The translations under genes and the position numbers were made by a program. The notes beneath the pieces are model-generated. The model searched no databases and was not told where the DNA came from. It was given only the letters and a program-made list of their open reading frames with translations. From a virus (taxonomy: Duplodnaviria; Caudoviricetes), in IMG/VR virus record IMGVR_UViG_3300005680_000030, positions 1,452-65,451 of that record: DNA of 64,000 nt. One strand, written 5' to 3'. Within the stretch, counting starts at the first letter, position 1, and each line of letters starts with the position of its first letter. This document shows, piece after piece, positions 20,101 to 27,351 of this stretch.

Positions 20101-23100
20101 TGCCCGCGAAGTTGCCCGTCCCCATGCCGGGCTCGAACACCGAGCCGCCCTTGAAGCCCAGCCGCTCGGCGGCATCCCACATGGCGCGCACGACGGTCTC
20201 GGCGGTGAAGTGGGCATACTGCGTCGTGCGGCGGGCCGTGGCATATTCCGTCTCGGAGAGAAGGCCGCGCAGCTCCTCGCCGATCTTCTCGTAGCCCTTG
20301 CCGAACGCGCCGGCCTGGTCGGGGAACACGGACGCGAGGCCGCCCCAGCCGACATAGCGGGCAAGCGCCTCCTGCTCCTGCGCGGTCGCCGGACGGCCCT
20401 CCGCCTCGATCGCGCGGACGAGCTTGATGGCGGTGATGTTGTCGTGGGCCTTCGCCTTCCAGCCGCGCGCCTCGTCGAGTGCGCCGGGCTTAATGACGTG
20501 GTTCTGGCTTACGCCGGCGGGAACTCGATCAGCGTCTCGAGAACCTGCCTCTCGGCCTCCTGTCGGTGCGGGTTCTCGGGCAGGCCGTTCGGCAGCTTCG
20601 GCGCGCTGGCGGTCAGGTCGGCGAACATCCTGCTCGCCTCCTCTGCCTTCGCCTGAACGTGCGCCTCGAGCTGGCCCTTGGCCTGCAGATCCCTGAACAT
20701 CTCCGGGGCCTGCTGGCGCATCGCTGTCAGGTACGGGCCCTTGAACTCCATCCTGCGTCCCCTCCTCGATGCCCTTGAGCGCCGCGCGCACCGCGTCGGC
20801 GTCGTCCATCCCTTCGATCGACTGCCCGCTGTCCTCGAGCATGTCGCGCGCGCCATTGTACCATGCCCGGAGATACTTCCGAAGCGCGGCCGGCGTCGTG
20901 CCGAGGTCGTCGGCGATGGCTTTCGCCAGGTTGGTAAACGATCGCGCCCCGGCCTCGATGTGGAACACCGCGAGCTCGGCCCCGATCGCAAGGATCTCGG
21001 GGTCGATGCCCGAACGGAGCTCGGTCTTGAGCTTTGCCTTGAGGCGTTCCCGCAGCTCGGCGGCGCGGTCGGCCGTGACGAGGATGTTGCTCGCGCCGTA
21101 GGCCGCGGGGGTGGCTACTTGCGTTTTCGGGGATTCCGGCTCGGATTTTTGCGTTTTGGGCGATTCCGCGGGTTTGGCATCAGACGGCTCGTCTTCGAGC
21201 GCTTCGATGGATCGGAAAATGCTCGGGTCCGCAGCCTTCTTGGGGATCTTGCTGTCCGCTACCGCGGCGTCCACCGCCTCCTGTGCGGTTTTGCCGGACC
21301 CCGATCCGCCGCGGGTCGGGCCGCGGACACCAGCGACGAAGCCTTCGCCGGACTCCCGTTCCTGGACGAAGTTGATACGATAGCCCTCCGGCGCTTCGGC
21401 CTTGGCTTTAGCTCCGCCGACCGGGCGCGACGTGACGGTCCCCTTGGCTGGGTCAATGACGATCGCGACGCCAGCGGGCTTCGGCACAGGCGTGCGGAGA
21501 TGCTCGGCGAGGTCGGTGTTGCCGCGCTTGGTCGCGAACGGCTTCCGGGTGTCGCCCTGCAGGAGCCAGGACTTGAACCGGCCGACGCCAACCTCGGTGA
21601 TGGCGCCCATGCGGCGGCCGCCGCTTCCGTCGGAGAAACCCGCCTCGTAGGTGGCGCGGGCCTCCTGCTCGGTGAACGTTCCGAGCACCACCTTGTGCTC
21701 ATCGAACTTGCCCGTCTCCGGGTCGATCTGGTCGACGATGAAGACGTTGCCGCTCTGCGGCTGTTCGCCCACATAGACGTCGACATGGTCGCCGTCCGCG
21801 CCCTCGGTCCGCCGGATATAGCCGTAGTGCGCCGGCAGGGTGACGCTCCACTCCGTGCCGTCCTTCGCCTTCCCGCGCCGCTCGCCGCCCTTGGCGGTCT
21901 CGATGGTGACGTCGAGGCCATGCACCTTCACATGGCCCATCTGGTAGTTGCCGGCCTCCTTCTGCGCGTCGGAGGGTTCGGGGTTGGCCTTTGCGGCTTC
22001 CTCGGCGATCGGGTCGGCCTGCACGGTCCTCGCGCGGTGCTTCCGCGCCGCCTCCAACGCGCTCGCGCGCACCGCGCTCTGCTGCTGCGGGCTCATGGTG
22101 GCGAAGCCCGCCGCGACGTTCGCGAGGTTTTCCCCGGCCGGGCCGAACACGACGAGGTTCTTCCCGCTGCTGTCGTAGCCGGCGCGGAAGCCGATAGGCA
22201 TTTCCGCGTTGATGGCCTCGACAGGATCGGCCGCCAGCTTCTGGGTCGCCGCCGGAGCGCCGACAGCCGCCTTCACCTTCTCCTCGTGCTTGCGCGAGAA
22301 GATCCATCCCTTTTCCCGGGCGTCCCATTTCAGGCTGACGCCGGGAACGTCGACCGGCGGCGCGTCGGGCGTGCCGCCGCGGATGATCGCGGCCTTCTCG
22401 CGGATGTGCTCGACGGTGAGGTTGGCACCGGAGGAGGGAGTCGAACCCTCGGGACCGGGTTTTGGAGGCCCGTCCACCGCCGCGGCGCTCTGATCTGCTT
22501 CGGCCGCGGGCGCGGCGGCGACCTCAAGTTCCCGCTCGGGCTCGGCCTCCGCCGGCGCGGGCGGCTGCGGCGGGGTGCGGTCGGTGTCGGCCGGCGCGGG
22601 CGCTTCGGGAGCGGAAGGCGCCGCGGCCTCGACAGCCGCGGCAGTTGCCGCCTCGGGGGCGGTAGGCGCTGCCGCCTCATCGACCGGCGCGCTGACCTCT
22701 GGTTCAACGAGAGGGGCGATTTGCTCCTGATCCGGCACGACGGTCTCAACAGCAACATCCTGCGCCGTCGCTGCGTCGCCGGGCGTCTGCTGCACAACAT
22801 CTGACCGATCCGCTCCGGCTTCGGCGTCTCCCGGCGCCGGGGTCTGCGCCGCCGGTCGCGCGACGAACCCACCGCCCTCGGCCATGATCTCGTAGGCCGC
22901 CGGATCCAGTCGGCGGTTGCGGACCGCCTGGCGCGCCTGCGCCTCGGTCTTGAAGGGCGTCCCGTCGCGGCGCGTGATCGGCGCGGCCTCGGGCTGCTCG
23001 CCCGGCTCGGGCGGCGCGACGGCTTCCGGCTGCGGGATTTCGATCCCGCTGGGCGTCGCCGCCTCAACGGCGGCCTCGAGGTCGCCGAGCTGCTGGCGCA

Positions 23101-24925
23101 GGGCGGCACGTTCCTGCTCGAACTGCTTCGGCAGGCCGCCAGTCTGTCGGCGCTGGGATTCGAGGAAGTCGAGGCGCGCGCGGAGCGCGTCGTTGTCCTG
23201 CGGCGCGGGCGCGGGCGCGGCTGGCGCGCTGGGGGCAGGGGCGTCGGCCGCGGCCGCTTCGCTCAGTGCGCCCGGCGCCGGCGCGGGCGGCGCGGGCTGC
23301 ATCGGCGCAGAATCGACGGCCGGCGCGGCGGCGGCAGGATCGACGACGGAGACGATCGCGGAGCCAGCCTCGATCTCGTCGCGGCCGACAACGACCTCGT
23401 CGCCGTCGTCGAGCTTCACGCGGACGCCGTCGGGCGTCTCGCCCACCAGGACTCCGGTGAACGCCTGCGGCCCGGTCTCGCTCTGCACCTCGATCTGCAC
23501 GGGAGCGCCCGGCATGGCGTCCGGGGTGATCGCGGCGGGCCCTTCGCCGAGTGCGGCCTCGAGCGGACCGCGCGGCGGCGCGGGCGACTCACTCTCGCCG
23601 TCGATCGGGTGGCGCGGCGTCACCAGGGCTGGCGCTGGCAGGCCGAGCGGGGCAGGCGCGGCATCCGCCTCCGTCTCCGCCTCGTCCGGGGTGGCGTTTT
23701 CAGGCGCGGCGGCTGGCTCGGCGCGCGACGGGATCGCGCCAGAGATGCCGCCCGCGCCGCCGCCGAGCACGGCGCCGACGGCGAAGTTGGTCAGCGCCTC
23801 CTCGCCATACTGCTCGGCGAGATAGGGCGCGATCTCCGCCATGTCGGCCTCGGAGAGCTTTTCGCGCAACTCCGGGTTCAGCATGAGCTGGTCGATCGCC
23901 ATCTGGCTCACTTCCGTCATGCCCTCGATGAGCGCGGTCTCGGTGCCCTCCTTTGCGACCCGGCGGAAGATGGACGTCGCCGCGCGCTCGACTGGCGCGC
24001 CGCGACCCAGCTTGGTGATGATCTTGAACGGGGCCACCTGCTCGAGCGCGGTCTTGACGGCCGCGGCGGCGTAGATCTGGTTCTGGACGGCCGGATCGTC
24101 CAGGTTCTCGTTGTGCTCGGCCGCCGTGCGCGCGGACTCATCGAGGAGCATTGGGAACGACGCGAGCAAGCCGAGGGCGACCGCGCCGAGCGGTCCGCCG
24201 ACGAGGCCACCGACGACCGCGCCGCCGATCGACGCGCCGAGAGTGGGCGCGGCCTGCGCGGCGTCGCCCGGCAGGTTGGCCGCGACCCGGCCGACCATGT
24301 TCTTTCCCTCGCTTCGCCGCGCGCGGTCGGCGGCGATGCGTGCCTGCGTCTCCTCCGGGGCGTCGATCGCGTCGCCGGCAGTGGTCAGCGCATCCCCGAC
24401 ACCCTCCGCTCCGAGGTCCGATGCGATCCGGCCCGCGCCGCGCACCGTCGAGCCGGCTGTATCCCGCACGCCGGCAACAGCGCGCTCGCCGAGCCCTACA
24501 CGGGCCTCCGGCGCATCCGGGTTACGCTCCAGGTAGAGCTGTTGCGCCCGGCCGACGACGGCCGACGTGAAGTCGTCGGGCGCGCCAGAGGCTCGGAGCG
24601 CGTCCGAGAACGTCATGCCCTGCGAGATGCTGCTTGCGATGCGCGCGGCGGTCTCGGTCGCAAGGCGCGATCCTGCTTCACCTCCGCCAGAAATCTCTGA
24701 AATCGCAAGTAGCGCCGAGTGCGGAACGCGATATTCAGCCGAGGCTGCGGCGATGGTATCGAGGTCGGGCGCGTGCGGCAGAGCGGCATTGGCTGCGCCG
24801 CTTGGCGCACCGTAAATATCTGAATTTACTTTAGAATTTGGCGCAACGCTTCGGGGTGTGCGCCGCCTTTCGATCTCACCTAGAGCGTTCTGGAGCGGGC
24901 TGCGGGAGAAGACGTTATCGGCCAC
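11183..24925 (-). CDS. Giant DarB-like polyvalent virion protein (~4580 aa): InPase-like, N6-adenine MTase, SNF2 helicase, MuF-C-like, HExxH and PLxRFG domains
   Basis: HYGYIRRTEGADGDHVDVY (InPase-like); FEPGMGTGNF and NPPF (MTase); AHAVGAGKT and DEAH (SF2); LLHEAFH; YFPLARFG. GTG start at 24925 has a GAGG RBS and lies downstream of the promoter at 24982-24954. Confidence 0.92.
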   Translation of the reverse strand: MADNVFSRSPLQNALGEIERRRTPRSVAPNSKVNSDIYGAPSGAANAALPHAPDLDTIAAASAEYRVPHSALLAISEISGGGEAGSRLATETAARIASSISQGMTFSDALRASGAPDDFTSAVVGRAQQLYLERNPDAPEARVGLGERAVAGVRDTAGSTVRGAGRIASDLGAEGVGDALTTAGDAIDAPEETQARIAADRARRSEGKNMVGRVAANLPGDAAQAAPTLGASIGGAVVGGLVGGPLGAVALGLLASFPMLLDESARTAAEHNENLDDPAVQNQIYAAAAVKTALEQVAPFKIITKLGRGAPVERAATSIFRRVAKEGTETALIEGMTEVSQMAIDQLMLNPELREKLSEADMAEIAPYLAEQYGEEALTNFAVGAVLGGGAGGISGAIPSRAEPAAAPENATPDEAETEADAAPAPLGLPAPALVTPRHPIDGESESPAPPRGPLEAALGEGPAAITPDAMPGAPVQIEVQSETGPQAFTGVLVGETPDGVRVKLDDGDEVVVGRDEIEAGSAIVSVVDPAAAAPAVDSAPMQPAPPAPAPGALSEAAAADAPAPSAPAAPAPAPQDNDALRARLDFLESQRRQTGGLPKQFEQERAALRQQLGDLEAAVEAATPSGIEIPQPEAVAPPEPGEQPEAAPITRRDGTPFKTEAQARQAVRNRRLDPAAYEIMAEGGGFVARPAAQTPAPGDAEAGADRSDVVQQTPGDAATAQDVAVETVVPDQEQIAPLVEPEVSAPVDEAAAPTAPEAATAAAVEAAAPSAPEAPAPADTDRTPPQPPAPAEAEPERELEVAAAPAAEADQSAAAVDGPPKPGPEGSTPSSGANLTVEHIREKAAIIRGGTPDAPPVDVPGVSLKWDAREKGWIFSRKHEEKVKAAVGAPAATQKLAADPVEAINAEMPIGFRAGYDSSGKNLVVFGPAGENLANVAAGFATMSPQQQSAVRASALEAARKHRARTVQADPIAEEAAKANPEPSDAQKEAGNYQMGHVKVHGLDVTIETAKGGERRGKAKDGTEWSVTLPAHYGYIRRTEGADGDHVDVYVGEQPQSGNVFIVDQIDPETGKFDEHKVVLGTFTEQEARATYEAGFSDGSGGRRMGAITEVGVGRFKSWLLQGDTRKPFATKRGNTDLAEHLRTPVPKPAGVAIVIDPAKGTVTSRPVGGAKAKAEAPEGYRINFVQERESGEGFVAGVRGPTRGGSGSGKTAQEAVDAAVADSKIPKKAADPSIFRSIEALEDEPSDAKPAESPKTQKSEPESPKTQVATPAAYGASNILVTADRAAELRERLKAKLKTELRSGIDPEILAIGAELAVFHIEAGARSFTNLAKAIADDLGTTPAALRKYLRAWYNGARDMLEDSGQSIEGMDDADAVRAALKGIEEGTQDGVQGPVPDSDAPAGPGDVQGSAGQGPARGARSGEGRGGEQDVRRPDRQRAEAAERPAREPAPTGGREAGSRDADRVPAGVSQNHVIKPGALDEARGWKAKAHDNITAIKLVRAIEAEGRPATAQEQEALARYVGWGGLASVFPDQAGAFGKGYEKIGEELRGLLSETEYATARRTTQYAHFTAETVVRAMWDAAERLGFKGGSVFEPGMGTGNFAGMMPAALAERTAYSGLELDPTTAKIARLLYPKWGVRQDDFTKAPLPRDSYDLVIGNPPFADIPIKSDPGYPQGFLLHDYFFAKSLDAVRPGGLLMFVTSAGTLNKVDTKAREYLSDRAEFVGAVRLPGDAFEKNAGTAVTTDIIVLRKFMPAELDLLPDGVLSPSMETRTVTLKDKNGNDKEGAVSRYFVDHPDMVLGEEGFFDKLYAGRYGVRSRPGANLAAELPIALSNLPEGVMREPETPQDRAEVDFASAERKEGSFYLKGDALMQQRDGVGVAVEQRGKGVTGGRSAQEIEVIRSLVPVRDALRAVYAADLANDAANGQKARRRLNAAYDAFTQRHGPINKAEISYRRPTSVQAENARAEAREEARYAGEPFDEGSFDPSALIADGKGTQAVARARKEAREAAVAAGREWSEGAFDPDDMPDVVIDKRPNIEPFGDDPESYRLRAIESYNDATGEAQKTEVFFKNVISRPLTPEIKSIEDAVLYVMNDRGRFDLDAVAAAFKVSAGEALEKLGPRVYENPKSTGDWLISDEYLSGNVRQKLRDAKVAADRDPRFQRNVDALEAVQPIDLAPAQIAATLGMPWIPPATVEEFATARLGLARFKATYSPRLAFWQVEGDETSAAATSDWGTSRVDATSILKAVLNKGEIKVVNRVARADGGYDSVTDKEQTEAALAKAKEIREAFEGWIYQDEARADRLAALYNETYNNLVVRDFDGSYLTTPGVSTSWRWRPHQQRVVARIVQAGNTYMAHAVGAGKTSAMIGAGMEMRRLGLVRKPMYVVPNHMLAQFTKEFYEQYPTARISVADERQFHTDRRKQFIANVSMSDLDAVIITHSSFGKVPISEAFQDRMVQAEIAEYREILGEMDKGQDTRITRKKIENQIEKLEQRLSGRKGSGKDQVFTFEEMGVDFLFVDEAHLFRKLDFATKMGNLKGIDPNGSGMAWDLYVKSRYLESMKPGRSLVLASGTPVTNTMAELFTLSRYIQGGELEARNLQQFDAWASAFGESVSAPEQDAAGKYKMVSRFSRFVNIPQLSAMVRQNVDVVTSRQLEQYVTRPKLKGGKRTMHLAERSGDFMDFQAGLAARITAIEERKGPPKAGDDIILSVINDGRKANIDMRMVDSILYRPEPDAPSKLDTLVENVFEIWKRSKNQPFYRPESGGYSAKPIMHGPATQLVFANLGLTGAFQVPAYIRSELMRRGVPRDEIAFISDFKTHVAKQRLFNDVNEGKIRVLIGSGPKMGVGTNVQRRLIASHNLDPLWYPADDEQRNGRALRQGNMNPEIEIHDYGLKGSYDSTMWQMMERKGRFIESFWNGDTTVRDMDDLGEAAFYEQAKALSTADPRVVQLTEMRQDLERLRRRAAAHSQEQYALRRRVANAKSNAAYAETAIERWKGAITRRVETKGDAFKATIDGTAYDKRAEAGAALLAKVKDDLAEPREMKNREIGELGGFPLTLSAWKLGGAWQWDVNLAIDEQFSVDVAVSTSEVGTIRSAESILDSFEHRLERSEKMKADSEREATDYAKRQGSEFKDADALTKLEAEVRDLTRAIYEPPAPAEVVAPIPEADIEGEGESFSIAAGDAGDALAGTDALRAVLRRGPFGVMVESAIDAGRIVLHDTEETLPGEGGQNSLSGWGRQVLDLLRGGFDLSSSMELGPVPEILRAFGGRGQSLIMSPGKLKRVLREHPDVPPSAVRDLPVLLANPVFVLRNAGDERSGDLLLVTDAETADGDVVVAAIKRAGKDSQAAAATVVVTVYDKQGAREMLRGAERAGSILYVRAEREGDGYRHTGADSLNASLSDTINALRASGRIRTPRSVFKGGVPPVAGDEPGQLSNERRRSSAAYRDGERHPSSPGSDGNIAEGGDSVKESAVSGRIQGMTDADGVIHLVASNLTAETAVPVLLHEAFHAGGESVIGTPAWDGMMRRLDAILRRQMQAGAPTDGWWGRAFDRLGPRQMNAEELAAYAIEERAGAPAGILEIVDRILGEIQAFILRRFGRQIGAVTPAQLRAIAAAALRAAPLRPRPGVSYSLASAIPKAAAIAGERKIVSHALTKAMSGNTNLLALVPGRALFAELGKHMPASQDYLRLKEEMDALRNEWHARTDDVAQAWRKLGVRGPDNAALMDLMHDATLAGTDPAERFVSGLNDKDKAALAKGTGGEAGRIAAENLANDQERRAKHAELRKRFNALPAPYQGMYRRVRDEHKALGDAFDDTLERNVTRAMEQEDRRAQRAHDDRLAEINDEGLTGEARDREITAAKRKLDRAQIKARMGRRSRMVDLRALFETQKVPAPYFPLARFGQFFVTTRDRDSGKVLSFSRFEGPRAQERFAAEQRKNPSHDVTVGTIGETALRDMVNPEFVAAVEGILDDAEVNPRIMDAVWQRWLETMPDLSLRKSRIHRKGTPGFERDAFRAFGHHMFHGAHQLARLRYSIDLDEALTMSERQAQRAPDPVRAGLVWSEMEKRHKWTMSPTGSWWSQAITSAAFVYYLSVTPAAALVNLSQTSIVGTAVLGAYGGVGDAAKQLGRALRDFGDGKGWAATSKRLTADEVAAMEEAYRRGTVDKSQAHDLAGVGESGIEYSAARNRVMSVISWGFHHTERMNREVTFLAAYRMAKAKGLIGEDAIAKAADLTWKTHFDYSASSRPRLMHSDYTKILFVFRNFQINLLWRLFRDTHQAVKGESPEVRREARAQLAGITGMLFLHAGVRGVWGYSLAMALMALFFAGDADDLEDEMKGHLVETLGPSLAGMLLNGVPGHVLGIDVTNRIGMPDLWFRSPDRQLEGSSEYQFWVSQMLGAGVGMGENLWRGFNMIEDGHVLRGIETIAPKFVRDQIRAARYLGEGATTLNGDPIMEDMGWGDALRQSVGFVPAGLAERYRANSLLKKREREILDQRSSLMGAYSRAVRAGDKPPARLIERITTFNAENPTYPITTDSLRRSVQSRERASARMQGGVSLNPRLEGQLREGLAPLING
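20509..20751 (-). CDS. Nested out-of-frame ORF, TnpV-like (80 aa), inside the giant gene
   Basis: GAGGAGGGG RBS 7 nt before ATG; codons mostly G/C-ending, unlike the giant frame over the same bases; YLTAMRQQAPEMFRDLQAKGQLEAHV...EAERQVLETLI. Confidence 0.7.
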   Translation of the reverse strand: MEFKGPYLTAMRQQAPEMFRDLQAKGQLEAHVQAKAEEASRMFADLTASAPKLPNGLPENPHRQEAERQVLETLIEFPPA

Positions 24926-24953
24926 GGGCGCCTCGTCGCTTGGTGAGAGGCGC

Positions 24954-24989
24954 ACTATAGCCGACGAGAAACTATCCGAAAAGGATAGT
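24954..24989 (-). promoter_or_regulatory. Late promoter TTTTCG-N17-TATAGT overlapped by palindromic operator ACTATCC-GAAAA-GGATAGT (24971-24989)
   Basis: -35 at 24982..24977, -10 at 24959..24954; upstream of the giant gene. Confidence 0.72.
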
Positions 24990-25055
24990 CATTCCGATGC
25001 GGCGTTAACCATGCGTGAGCTTGCCCGGAACCGCTCCATCCGGCACGATGGCGTC

Positions 25056-25313
25056 ATGAGCGACATCCTGCACAAGATCTACATTGAGTTCACCGTCGGG
25101 GCGGTCTGGCCCTATCAGGCGCTGCTCGTCGTGTTCCTCTCCGTGGTGATCCACCGCCTGCGCCGGCGCGACTGGCGCGCGACGTGGGCGTGGCTCGCGC
25201 CGATGCTCTGGCACGCGCCGAAGCCGCGCGAGGCAGCATCATGGGATGCGGCTGGGCCGGCGATACCGCCCAGCGTCGCCCGCTTCACGGAAATCGTCCG
25301 ACCCGGGCTGTAG
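25056..25313 (+). CDS. Small membrane protein on the opposite strand (moron-like)
   Basis: MSDILHKIYIEFTVGAVWPYQALLVVFLSVVIHRLRRR TM segment; possible promoter TTGCCC-N17-CACGAT at 25021-25049. Confidence 0.55.
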   Translation: MSDILHKIYIEFTVGAVWPYQALLVVFLSVVIHRLRRRDWRATWAWLAPMLWHAPKPREAASWDAAGPAIPPSVARFTEIVRPGL

Positions 25314-25316
25314 TTC

Positions 25317-27338
25317 CTACTGCACCATCGCGTCGACAGGCCGGCGCGCCGTCGATCGCTGCGCGTAAGCGCCGCGCGCGCTCTGCCGCGCCTCGAGCTC
25401 GGACATCACCGCCGCTTCCTTCTCCTCGGCGGAGAGCTGACCCCAATCGAGGCGACCCGAGGCGACGTCGTCCCAGACCTTGTCGAACTCGTCGCCGCCG
25501 GAGCGCCTCGCTTCGGCGAGTTCAAGAGCGCGCTGGTGCCTGCGATCCTCGGCGCGCGCGGCGTCGGCCCCCGCAACAGCTTGCATCGCCTGCTCGAACA
25601 CGGCCTCGGGCGACAGGAAGTTGATCCCGAACTGGTAGATGTCCTCGATGCCGTCGAACTCCTGCACCGAGACCTGGCCGGCGCGATCCCGCAGGGTGAT
25701 CTTCGCCCCGATGATGCCGCCTTCGTCGTTGCGGATGAAGCCGCTTTCCTTGCGGTCGATCGTGTAGCCGTCGTCGTAGTATCCGGCGGAATCGTAGGCG
25801 TCCATCATGTGCGACATGAACGCCTCGTCGTCGCCGCGCGACGCGGCGAACACGCCCTTCGCCCACGACTCCATGCCCGCCTTGGTCGCGCTGTCATCGA
25901 TCCACGCCTGGAACGCCTCTGCCTCGGCGACGCGGCCGGTCGAGAGGTAATGGTCGACCACCTTCGGCGCCGCGACGTCGCGGTAGTGCGCCATGAACGA
26001 GCGCGTCCGCTTGCCCTCGGGGGCGTCCTTCGACAGGCCTGGGTCGATGCTGCGCGAGACGCTGCGCGGCGCGGCCGGCGACGCGGCGGCCGCCGCCTCG
26101 ATCGAGGGCGTCACAGCGGTCGCCGGATCCGGCGCGGCGCTCGGGACCGGGGCAGCGTTGAGGCGCGCCGCGGCCTCGCGGGTCGGCCCCTGCCCGGCAT
26201 TGCGCAAGGCTGGTGCGGCCGCCGCCGGTGGCGGAGCGGCGGCCGCGGGAGCGGGCGTCCCCGCCGGAACGGCGGCCTGTGCTCCGCCGCTCGTCTCCTG
26301 TGGCGCGGTGGCGGCCGTCGGCCGCACGCTGCGCCCCGGGCCGCCCTCGAGGAGCGTGCCCAGCTTGGTCTCTGGAACCGGGAACTCCGAACCGCCGGTG
26401 GCGTAGCGCACGGCGGGGTTGATCGCGGTGTTCACGCCGGCGGCGACGGTCTTGGCCGCCTCGCCGGCGACCTCGGCCGGGAGGTTGCGATCGACGGCGC
26501 GGTTCGCATCCCGAAGCACGCGCGCGGCGTCGTTGACGAGGCTGGTCCCGTAGGGCTGCTTGCCGGCATTCAGGATCGGCGGCTCGTTGACGTCGATGGG
26601 CCCCTCTCCGGTCATCGGCGACGGCCCGGGCAGGTAGGCGCTGAGATCGGGCGCGGAGGGCGGCGCAGGCGCGGGAGCGACGCTGCGAGCGGCGCCGGCC
26701 GGCGCCTCGGCGGCGTGCGCCGCTCCGACGGGGTTCAGCGCCGAGAGCGCGGCGCGCCAGCCGCTCGGCTGCTGCTGCTCGACCATCGGAGCAGACGGAT
26801 CGACGGAAGGAGCGGCGGGCTCCGGCGTCGGCGCGGCGCTGCGGGCCGCGGGGCGCGCGGGCTGGCCGGTGGCGGCGCGGTCGAGCCCGGATCCCGGGAT
26901 GACGTAGGCCGGGTCGCGGTCCGGCGCGGGGATCGCGGCGCGCTGGGGCTGCGGATCGGCCGCGCGAGCGGGCGCGACCGACCGCGCCCGGCGGCCGGCG
27001 CGGGCCGCCTCGTCCTTCTGCGACGCCTTCGCCGCCTTGTGGGCGTCGCCCAGCACCTTGCGGTCGCCGGCGGCCTCCTCGCGCTCGCGCTCGCGCTCGG
27101 CTTGGTCCGCGCGCCATGCGTCGAGCTTCTCGTCGTCGATCGCGATCCGGCGCGCGCGGTCGGAATCCTCGATCGCGATCCGGCGCTCGCGGTCCTGCCG
27201 CGCGAGCTCGCGATCCTCGCGGCGCCACACGCGATCTTCGGCCTCTTCCTCGCGGCGGGTCTTGGCGTCGGCCATGTTCTGCCGGAGGCGGTATCCGTCG
27301 ATCGCGCCGAGAATGAAGCTGGCGGCCGGGCTGCTCAT
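25317..27338 (-). CDS. Internal virion/ejection protein (673 aa)
   Basis: Charged coiled-coil N-terminus, Pro/Ala linker, conserved-looking C-terminal domain; position in the ejection cluster. Confidence 0.75.
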   Translation of the reverse strand: MSSPAASFILGAIDGYRLRQNMADAKTRREEEAEDRVWRREDRELARQDRERRIAIEDSDRARRIAIDDEKLDAWRADQAEREREREEAAGDRKVLGDAHKAAKASQKDEAARAGRRARSVAPARAADPQPQRAAIPAPDRDPAYVIPGSGLDRAATGQPARPAARSAAPTPEPAAPSVDPSAPMVEQQQPSGWRAALSALNPVGAAHAAEAPAGAARSVAPAPAPPSAPDLSAYLPGPSPMTGEGPIDVNEPPILNAGKQPYGTSLVNDAARVLRDANRAVDRNLPAEVAGEAAKTVAAGVNTAINPAVRYATGGSEFPVPETKLGTLLEGGPGRSVRPTAATAPQETSGGAQAAVPAGTPAPAAAAPPPAAAAPALRNAGQGPTREAAARLNAAPVPSAAPDPATAVTPSIEAAAAASPAAPRSVSRSIDPGLSKDAPEGKRTRSFMAHYRDVAAPKVVDHYLSTGRVAEAEAFQAWIDDSATKAGMESWAKGVFAASRGDDEAFMSHMMDAYDSAGYYDDGYTIDRKESGFIRNDEGGIIGAKITLRDRAGQVSVQEFDGIEDIYQFGINFLSPEAVFEQAMQAVAGADAARAEDRRHQRALELAEARRSGGDEFDKVWDDVASGRLDWGQLSAEEKEAAVMSELEARQSARGAYAQRSTARRPVDAMVQ

Positions 27339-27351
27339 CGAATCGTCCTCC

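Noticed and set aside
21119-21168. Imperfect 30-bp tandem repeat (ESPKTQ twice) in the giant gene
   Set aside because: Small linker duplication with no evident function.
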